Of a DNA stretch of 21,483 nucleotides, positions 11,001 through 20,200 are shown one piece after another. The translations under genes were made by a program, and so were the position numbers. The first letter of the stretch is position 1. Each line of letters opens with the position of its first letter. The stretch covers positions 186,001 to 207,483 of the forward strand of contig JAUGWO010000024.1 in NCBI GenBank assembly GCA_049724395.1. The letters run 5' to 3'. Below the pieces are notes generated by a model. It worked only from the letters and a program-made list of their open reading frames with translations, ran no database searches and was not told where the DNA came from. The DNA is from Spongospora subterranea f. sp. subterranea. Its lineage: Eukaryota.

Positions 11001-11168
11001 TACACACTTCTTTGTTGAAACCTATGATTTCTTCTGAATTTTTCTGTTAGGGTAGTTCCAGAAGCCGACACGATCGTGACTCGATATTTATTCTTGTTTA
11101 CCGAAACCGAAATAGCTTTGCAACGAAACGTCATGGCGTCGTCGATTAACGTTCCTTTTCGTCAATAA
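8053..11168 (+). CDS. PARP6/PARP8-like mono-ADP-ribosyltransferase with many short introns; 5' exon structure (8053-~9150) uncertain
   Basis: Spliced motifs: KRLLTINETCYQC-x13-CDRPLC (PARP6/8-type C4 finger); EICDLLISMCAAAS; LLRWIITSNRSHI; QFVLMTSSPEKEARF; FHGSGKGNWHSILRQGL; QLHGAAYGSGVYMAP; ALALCE; PYWVVPEADTIVTRYLF. Stop TAA at 11166-11168. An acidic putative first exon starts at ATG 8053. Confidence 0.9.
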
Positions 11169-11886
11169 TGAGTCCGTTTCCATTGTCCTTCTCAATCGAT
11201 GTTTCGGGCTAAATCGGTACAGCTTTCCAATGCTCCATCGTCTCGACTGATATATATAAATACTGATGATTTCCTAATTGACTGATAAGTCATACGAAAA
11301 ATAAATTCGGAATAGCAACAAATCACGGAGGCGATCTGTCGTGGCTTGGCAGAAATCAAACACAATACAGAGCAGTTCGTGCACACAAATTTTGAAGCTG
11401 CTTTCACGTTGGGGCAACAGTTCTGTTTCAAATCAGTTCTACTCCTTGGCTCACGGTTCGTGGCTTATGCCAAGTGAAAAGGGTTCGGTTATTATGCACA
11501 TGTTCAAGTTAACTTGAACCTCAGCAACATCTTTCTGAGCGAATCCGGTTATTTTCAGTTAAAAATTCTTTACGGAATGTCCAGCACTGCTTAACCAATC
11601 ACCGATTTGGCGCTTGCGACAATTTGTTCAGGTCAAATGAAACATTCAAGCACGCGAGAAACAGCTCCCACTGAAGGGAGGAAAGAAAATGTCACAAATT
11701 TCGGTGTGGGATGAGTCCAGCGAATGGGCAGTAGACTAGGCGCGCGCGCGTCTCTACACTCGACGCACATCATACTGTGCGCCAAGAGCCAGGAGGTTGC
11801 GCGCAGTGCAGTACGACTGCATCCTTTCATGAGGGAACCCCCTGACATGAACAATCAAAAAGTGGTCAACAGACGGATAAGTCGCG

Positions 11887-12396
11887 ATGTCGTCGGCGAT
11901 GCTGTTACGGCCGTTTTCGGCCACTGTGCAGTTTGTTCGTTGGGCAACCAAGAAGGCCGCCGGATCGACCAAGAACGGACGCGATTCGCCCGGCCAGAGG
12001 CTGGGCCTGAAGAAGAGCGGCGGGCAATCTGTATTTACTGGCCAGATCATGTACTTGTTTATATATCTTTGACATGCTCTGTTTTTATTATAAAATATTT
12101 CACTTGTTTTTCAGTTTCAACGTGTGGAGTATCTTTTGTGCAAGCGTTATTTTTTTCGGTTTATCTTTGTTATCATCAATCAAGGCCGTTGCTCAGACTG
12201 CCCGACTCTTTCCATATTTTTTCTTGGAAAAATTTGATGGTGTTTTAGAGCGCGACAGCGCGGCACCAAGTGGCGTTGCGGTCCTGGAGTCGGCATTGGT
12301 CGCGACCAGACGCTATTTGCCAAAACGGATGGCGAACTCAAGTTCAGCTACCATCCTCACTTAAAAAAAACCTGGGCGTCGGTTAGTCACTGCTGA
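11887..12396 (+). CDS. MRPL27: Mitochondrial ribosomal protein bL27m (L27), exons 11887-12050 and 12249-12396
   Basis: Presequence-like [19 protein letters not shown] followed by [23 protein letters not shown]...[12 protein letters not shown]...[14 protein letters not shown], a typical L27 signature. GT-AG intron at 12051-12248. Confidence 0.95.
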
Positions 12397-12619
12397 ACCT
12401 GATTCTTGTTGGGTTATCACTTCTTCTGCCTTATCGCTGTTCTGTTGATTTATTTTTAAACTCGTTCTTGCATGCAATCTTGGAGACTTGGTACTCTTAA
12501 TATCCAACGCTGTTCGACTTGATTTACATCACAATTTTGCAATCTGGGGCTAACACTTCACTTCTTTATTGGCTTGTTCGCTGCAATTCCGTTGTCGCCT
12601 ACTAAGCAATGAAGCATAG

Positions 12620-12799
12620 GTGGAACCGTTTACTGATGCTGGGGGGCTTACCAAATTGACGAAGGCGGCGGCAGCAAGGCGAGCCGTAGCCGTGGCCAAG
12701 CAAGCGAAGGCTGAGGCAAGTGCAGACACCAAAGCTAGACGCAAACAACTTCTCGCTGAGATTGATGCCTTTAACTTAGCCAAGCTCATCATACCTTAA
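12620..12799 (+). pseudogene. Orphan Ala/Lys-rich coding-like segment, possibly a terminal exon or gene relic
   Basis: An open frame of 59 codons plus TAA, VEPFTDAGGLTKLTKAAAARRAVAVAKQAKAEASADTKARRKQLLAEIDAFNLAKLIIP, follows CATAG. No in-phase upstream exon was found. Confidence 0.3.
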
Positions 12800-13560
12800 T
12801 AAACGGCAAATTCCGCAAACATTGTGCTGTGAAAACATGCACTATCAACGGACACCTCAATCACAACAATTATTGTCTAAACCGTTGCTACGTGAATACT
12901 TGGTAAACTACTTACCATTGCTACTTCGCTGTTGATTTTGGACAATCCTCCATGATCCTCGCCAAATATAGCTGCATTCTTGGTAAACCCGCAATCGGTT
13001 CCTTCAAGAAATGGAAGGCATTATTAACGGATACTGTGCGGTTCCGATTTTGTTCCGCATCTGGATCTGCTACATTTTGAAGAATTTCTGGGCCTGAACG
13101 TCTTGTATTTTTAAAGCTACTTCACCCAGATTCCTAATGTTTGAAAAAAAATTGACTCCGTCACGATAAGACCTGCTACAAGTGCTATAAAGGACACCGT
13201 TGGCAGGTTGATCATAGTCCCATATCATTTCCTTCTCTGCAGTACATCAATCAAGTTACAATGAGACTGCGGGTAGGAATCCGATTGTTCAACACACAAC
13301 TAGATGGGCGTATTAACCGCTCTAAGCTGCAATAGCTCGTTTTTCTGAGTCTTTAGTCATCCTTGAGACTAAACTCGCTTCTGCGCCTTCAAATAATTTC
13401 TCTTTAATAACTTTTGAAAGGACAACAATTCACGGAAACGCTCAACAAGTTGCTGATCATTCCAGTTTCCCGAATCAACGACGTAGCAAGATTTTCCGAA
13501 AAATCGCTTGATTTCCACGTATCATTGTGGAAAACGTTCTTCCCGGCGTCTAAAATCAAC

Positions 13561-14208
13561 CTATTGAGTGGAGTTTATGAACCTCAAGAGACTATGATTT
13601 ACCTTTGGGCCGGAATCGAACATTTTGTAATGGTTCGGGTTGAAAGATTGATAACCCTGGGGCTGATTCATTAATTGTGCCTGCTTCAGCTCCGCTTTCA
13701 GGGCCTTCGCCTCCCCCAGAATGTTCGACACCTCCTTGGCGGTCGCCGAGCTATGTGCCTGCGCCTTCTCCAAATCCGCCAGAATGGCGCCCGTCGTCTG
13801 TTTCGCCCGGTCGATATCAGTCTTGGCGTCGTCAATATCGGCGGCAATGTCGTTAAACTTCCTGTTGAAATCCTCTACGATGTCAGACATCGTATCGCCA
13901 AGCTCCGATGCAACTCTATCGGTGTCGTTCCTCATCTGACTCATTATGTCCAGCACGTCGTTTTTATCGTCGCGAAGTTTGTTCATAGAATTGGCCACAT
14001 GGGCGCTATCAAACTTCAACCTGGATATGTCGCAGTGAGCGTCTTGAGCGATTTCCATCACCTCTGACATGGTTCGTCGCGTCTCTTGCGCCGCCTTCCG
14101 CGATAATTCTGTACATTGCAGGTCGGCTAGGTCATCGCGTGGTGGTTGATTGTCCGCCTTTGGTGCCGGTTTCTTGCCGGAGAATACACCAGCCAAGAGA
14201 CGAAACAT
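13561..14208 (-). CDS. Intronless coiled-coil ORF (215 aa); possibly the N-terminal part of a decayed retroelement gag/ORF1
   Basis: ATG-started 648-nt ORF with a heptad-like helical sequence. The same frame continues past stops with gag-like WNDQQLVERFRELL and QKNELLQLR. Confidence 0.5.
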   Translation of the reverse strand: MFRLLAGVFSGKKPAPKADNQPPRDDLADLQCTELSRKAAQETRRTMSEVMEIAQDAHCDISRLKFDSAHVANSMNKLRDDKNDVLDIMSQMRNDTDRVASELGDTMSDIVEDFNRKFNDIAADIDDAKTDIDRAKQTTGAILADLEKAQAHSSATAKEVSNILGEAKALKAELKQAQLMNQPQGYQSFNPNHYKMFDSGPKVNHSLLRFINSTQ

Positions 14209-14377
14209 TGGAATCTAGATGAATTGGACTGATTGCATATCGCCGATGTCCGAATCAAAAATCCGTTCCCGACCGAGTTCAACTTGATTGGGGTTTTATA
14301 GACAATCACACGACATAAGGACGATCCCAGAACTTCTACTCCCCCGAACACCTGCTCTGGTTTATTTTGGTCAAAGC

Positions 14378-14390
14378 GAGAGAGAGAGAG
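14378..14390. repeat. (GA)n microsatellite
   Basis: gagagagagagag. Confidence 0.6.
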
Positions 14391-14982
14391 CAGAGCTTGA
14401 ACGGCTCTACAGTGTATCATTGGTTTTGCCTTGAGATTTTGAATGGGCAAATTGGATTTGCATTATCGAGCGCGACAGAAAACTCTTTGTGGGATTGATT
14501 CCGATCATCATTTCCTTACCAATATAGCATTGTTATCGCGTGATTCCTGCCTCGACTTCCGCCGCATCTCTCACTTTTCTAGTATCCCCAGTGGGATTAA
14601 TTTAGATTGAAACAGCTCGGAGACAGAGGAGACGCAGGTCGAAATCAAGGCAATAACAGGGCGATAACAAATTTCTGTACCAGAGTTGGAAAGTGGAAAC
14701 CAAAATTTGCTGAACCATAGCGATTGCCATACATCACCAACAGCATCGCCACTATACGACGTTGGCTTATTTAGATGGATGCCATGACCAGAGGAACAAA
14801 GTCATTGGCATGATCCTTTATTGACAGTTGCTGTAGATCCGGACGTTGAAATGGTGAGGGTTTTTCTGGGAGCCCATGGATAAATTCACGCCAGGAAAAC
14901 ATTGTTGATGGGAATCAGAACAACACCCAATGTAATTCTATGTTATTAACGAATAGTTGTTGTCCCCGTTATATGGCAAACC

Positions 14983-15048
14983 TCAGTCTTAGCCCTTTCT
15001 GGACCCTCATTGAATAATATTTGAGGGTCCAAAAGGGGCTAAGATTGA
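14983..15048. repeat. Short inverted repeat (hairpin): 27-bp arms, 12-nt loop
   Basis: tcagtcttagccctttctggaccctca / ttgaataatatt / tgagggtccaaaaggggctaagattga. On the + strand this gives 24 Watson-Crick pairs, 2 G-U pairs and 1 mismatch. Confidence 0.9.
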
Positions 15049-16581
15049 TGCATCCGAAGGCAATGTTGCAAGTCCCACGTCTGATAGCAGGTTTTCAACG
15101 TCAGCTGTAATATAATTCTGGGGCATGTCCATGAGAAATCAACCATTGTGACAGGATAGGGGATGGAATTTTTTCAAACGAGCCCTTGTTGGATCTGGGC
15201 TTCGATATCCCGCTAAACAGCCTGCCTCGATTGTAGTTTCGACATGCTAAGCGCATTACCTTGACAGCAAGTATGATAATCGAGAAATTCTACCTCGACA
15301 GAAGCATTAGCGTGAATACGAGCTGAAATTGAACTCTTTTGATACTATTAAGATCTCGGAACTGCCAGCTCATGTCGGACGATTTCTTTGCATGTTAATG
15401 ATTCTTTCGATATACTGCTAACAAAAATAGAGCAAATGATACTTAGCCAGAGCAACCTTCCCTTTGCGGTTAACGAACCTCGCATCTGGAATGGAATCCA
15501 CAAATATCAAGAAATTGTTCCTCACACTCAAAAGTCAGGTGCTCTCTGCTGATTCATCGTGTTCAGAGCTTAAATGGGAAACCAGACTATTGCGATCAGC
15601 GAACCGTGAATAGGAAAAGAGCACAGAACCTCATTGGAAGAAAAGTGCCGGGTTACGATCTGATGCTGCTTTGACATATGAACCCGGTTCGAGTCTCCTC
15701 AAGGATGCATCATGCGCTCGCTGGTGCCGAAGAAATTGTCGCGCAACGAGAATGATTTTGACAACCAGGTAGAGCCTGGATTGGTGGGTTTTAGCTGCAC
15801 GTTTGAGTCTAGGAGATGCTCTCATGAAAGCTACGTATTCTGATAAACATGGCGAGACAGCTTCGAAAATCTCGCAAAGATCATGGAAAATAATCTTGAG
15901 GGTATCGGGCGACGTTTTGTTATCCTATTTATGACAAAATAGGATTCGCCGCGGATTATGACCCGCCAGGACATCCTCAACTGTTTTTCTGCACTCGGGT
16001 TGAACGACACAAAGGATTGCCATTGGACGATGCTCAGCACCAAAGTGTTTGTAAATTATCAGGAGAGGACTCAATTTCAATTCTTTTGCAAATATTTTCC
16101 ACATTGTTTAATACGAAATCTGGTCTCTGACTTGTATTGAAGCAACGTACCCAACGATTCGCAGTTCAACTTTAGACTTGGCGATTTTGTGTTATTGGTT
16201 CAGTTTAAAACCATGCATCAGAACCTCAACAAGTTTGGTACTCGATTGACTGCAATCGATGCCACCCATAAGACTGCTTGCTTTGTTTTCAAAGTGATAA
16301 CTTGCTTCGTTTTACAGCGGATTTTCTGTCCTTTTCACTAATGCAAATTGCGAATCTGGGCTCTACATGAAGACTGTGTCAAACCGATAATATTGATATA
16401 TCTGTAGTTACTCGAATATTTTCAGGAGAGGTCGCCGTCTTGCAACCGACTCACGTCTTGGTCAGTTGCACAGAGCGATTTTCGTTCTTTTATTAGTTCA
16501 TTGAACCTGCTGTTTTAAAATGCTGGTGGCTTGGTATATTTTTCATTTCGGTTCGTAGCTGTTCCAAGGCGATGCAGAACA

Positions 16582-17224
16582 TAATGAGCAACAAATCGAT
16601 AACTCTTGGAAGAGGCTCTGAATGGTATACAAACAAAGGTATCGAAGCGTTCCTCTAAAATGAAATCGGAGTCCCTAAACCTGTTAGGAGATGTAATCGG
16701 CTATGGGAAGGATAAATCGAAGTTCATAGAACAATTAGAGAGAGGAATGCGTGATGTCATGCAACACCAGCTGATTCAAGGAAAGGTAGGAAAAATGCTA
16801 AGATCGGCTAGAGTTGTTAGTCAGGACTACCTCTTCATTCTTGACCTTGGCACTTAAGATCTGTGATGACCAAGATTATGTACCAGCTACGCTCCTAAGA
16901 GCAGGACTTCTTGGCGCGTATGACCTCGAAAATTGGTGCTCTGGTGCAACAATTACTCCTAGATTCCCACAGAGCAAGATTGGAGGACTAACAACTCTTG
17001 CCGATTTTAGCATTTTTCCTACCCTTCCTTGTGTCTGCTGTTTGTTGCATGATATCACATATTCCCCTCTCTGATTGTTCTATGAACTTCATGTCATCCT
17101 TCCATTGCCGATTACTTTCTAAAAAGGTTTGATGACTCCGATTTTATCTTGAAGGAAGGCATCGATATATCTGGTTGTATACCATTCAGAGCCTCTTCCA
17201 GAGTTATCGCTGTGTAGCTCATTA
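16582..17224. repeat. Imperfect long inverted repeat: arms 16582-16822 and 16986-17224, spacer ~163 nt
   Basis: Manual alignment shows about 41 differences over ~242 columns (~83% identity), with shared blocks such as ggaagaggctctgaatggtatacaa, gaagttcatagaacaat and ggtaggaaaaatgctaa. Confidence 0.93.
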
Positions 17225-17296
17225 ACAAAGCACTTCTGTCACCAATACGATTTGGATACTTTCTCTTTCATTATCAGCTCGTTGAATTCCAGTTTA
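16986..17296 (-). mobile_element. Probable degenerate Ty1/Copia gag fragment, mirrored on the + strand at ~16549-16822
   Basis: Frame-shifted pieces KLEFNELIMKE...FVNEL, ITLEEALNGIQ and KC*NRQEL (a decayed start of a CCHC knuckle) follow the order expected for Copia gag (UBN2-type region, then zinc knuckle). Recognised by eye only. Confidence 0.5.
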
Positions 17297-20200
17297 TGTG
17301 GAATGGGCCATGCATTACATTCCCTTTTAGCACTACCAATCCAATGATTGTTTATGTTGCATGGGCCATGCATTACATTCCCTTTTAGCACTACCAGATC
17401 CAATGATTGTTTATGTTGCATGGGCCATGCATTACATTCCCTTTTAGCACTACCAGATCCAATGATTGTTTATGTTGCATGGGCCATGCATTACATTCCC
17501 TTTTAGCACTACCAGATCCAATGATTGTTTATGTTGCATGGGCCATGCATTACATTCCCTTTTAGCACTACCATCCAATGATTGTTTATGTTGCATGGGC
17601 CATGCATTACATTCCCTTTTATACCAGATCCAATGATTGTTTATGTTGCATGGGCCATGCATTACATTCCCTTTTAGCACTACCAGATCCAATGATTGTT
17701 TATGTTGCATGGGCCATGCATTACATTCCCTTTTAGCACTACCAGATCCAATGATTGTTTATGTTGCATGGGCCATGCATTACATTCCCTTTTAGCACTA
17801 CCAAATCCAATGATTGTTTATGTTGCATGGGCCATGCATTACATTCCCTTTTAGCATCCCTTTTACCAAATCCAATGATTGTTTATGCATTACATTCCCT
17901 TTTGATCCATGGGCCATGCATTACATTCCCTTTTAGCACTACCAGATCCAATGATTGTTTATGTTGCATGGTGGGCCATGCATTACATTCCCTTTTAGCA
18001 CTACCAGATCCAATGATTGTTTATGTTGCATGGGCCATGCATTACATTCCCTTTTAGCACTACCAGATCCAATGATTGTTTATGTTGCATGGGCCATGCA
18101 TTACATTCCTTTTAGCACTACCAGATCCAATGATTGTTTATTTTGCATGGGCCATGCATTACATTCCCTTTTAGCACTACCATGCATTACATCCAATGAT
18201 TGTTTATGTTGCATGGGCCATGCATTACATTCCCTTTTAGCACTACCAGATCCTGCATGGGCCATGCATTACATAGCACTACCAGATCCAATGATTGTTT
18301 ATGTTGCATGGGCCATGCATTACATTCCCTTTTAGCACTACCAGATCCAATGATTGTTTATGTTGCATGGGCCATGCATTACATTCCCTTTTAGCACTAC
18401 CAGATCCAATGATTGTTTATTTTGCATGGGCCATGCATTACATTCCCTTTTAGCACTACCAGATCCAATGATTGTTTATGTTGCATGGGCCATGCATTAC
18501 ATTCCCTTTTAGCATTACCAAATCCAATGATTGTTTATGTTGAATGGGCCATGCATTACATTCCCTTTAGCACTAGCACTACCAGATCCAATGATTGTTT
18601 ATGTTGCATGGGCCATGCATTACATTCCCTTTTAGCACTACCAGATCCAATGATTGTTTATGTTGCATGGGCCATGCATTACATTCCCTTTTAGCACTAC
18701 CAGATCCAATGATTGTTTATGTTGCATGGGCCATGCATTACATTCCCTTTTAGCACTACCAGATCCAATGATTGTTTATGTTGCATGGGCCATGCATTAC
18801 ATTCCCTTTTAGCACTACCAGATCCAATGATTGTTTATTTTGCATGGGCCATGCATTACATTCCCTTTTAGCACTACCAGATCCAATCCAATGATTGTTT
18901 ATGTTGCATGGGCCATGCATTACATTCCCTTTTAGCACTACCAGATCCAATGATTGTTTATGTTGCATGGGCCATGCATTACATTCCCTTTTAGCACTAC
19001 CAGATCCAATGATTGTTTATGTTGCATGGGCCATGCATTACATTCCCTTTTAGCACTACCAGATCCAATGATTGTTTATGTTGCATGGGCCATGCATTAC
19101 ATTCCCTTTTAGCACTACCAGATCCAATGATTGTTTATGTTGCATGGGCCATGCATTACATTCCCTTTTAGCACTACCAGATCCAATGATTGTTTATGTT
19201 GCATGGGCCATGCATTACATTCCCTTTTAGCACTACCAGATCCAATGATTGTTTATGTTGCATGGGCCATGCATTACATTCCCTTTTAGCCATGAATGGG
19301 CCATGCATTACATTCCCTTTTAGCACTACCAGATCCAATGATTGTTTATGTTGCATGGGCCATGCATTACATTCCCTTTTAGCACTACCAGATCCAATGA
19401 TTGTTTATGTTGCATGGGCCATGCATTACATTCCCTTTTAGCACTACCAGATCCAATGATTGTTTATTTTGCATGGGCCATGCATTACATTCCCTTTTAG
19501 CACTACCAGATCCAATGATTGTTTATGTTGCATGGGCCATGCATTACATTCCCTTTTAGCACTACCAGATCCAATGATTGTTTATGTTGCATGGGCCATG
19601 CATTACATTCCCTTTTAGCACTACCAGATCCAATGATTGTTTATGTTGCATGGGCCATGCATTACATTCCCTTTTAGCACTACCAGATCCAATGATTGTT
19701 TATGTTGCATGGGCCATGCATTACATTCCCTTTTAGCACTACCAGATCCAATGATTGTTTATGTTGCATGGGCCATGCATTACATTCCCTTTTAGCACTA
19801 CCAGATCCAATGATTGTTTATGTTGCATGGGCCATGCATTACATTCCCTTTTAGCATTACCAAATCCAATGATTGTTTATGTTGAATGGGCCATGCATTA
19901 CATTCCCTTTTAGCACTACCAAATCCAATGATTGTTTATGTTGCATGGGCCATGCATTACATTCCCTTTTAGCACTACCAGATCCAATGATTGTTTATGT
20001 TGCATGGGCCATGCATTACATTCCCTTTTTACCAGATCCAATGATTGTTTTTTGCAGCATGCATTACATTCCCTTTTAGCACTACCAGATCCAATGATTG
20101 TTTATGTTGCATGGGCCATGCATTACATTCCCTTTTAGCACTACCAGATCCAATGATTGTTTATGTTGCATGGGCCATGCATTACATTCCCTTTTAGCAC

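Noticed and set aside
11724..12364. ORFs 11724..12248, 11754..12050 and 12074..12364
   Set aside because: These are alternative-frame, antisense or intron read-through shadows of the bL27m gene.
13675..14067. Plus-strand ORFs 13675..14067 and 13721..13939
   Set aside because: They are antisense shadows of the minus-strand coiled-coil ORF.
14443..14610. GIDSDHHFL, similar to the SDH motif of LINE APE endonucleases; also WRLGTLNIQ near 12480
   Set aside because: These are isolated short motifs without the other endonuclease or RT motifs in the expected order.
15689..15707. ~19-nt near match (gagtctcctcaaggatg) to 6702-6719
   Set aside because: The similarity does not extend on either side and is compatible with chance.
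16484..16517. Weak similarity to 17263-17296 (FNELI-like), a possible third gag fragment
   Set aside because: Too short and gapped to support by eye.
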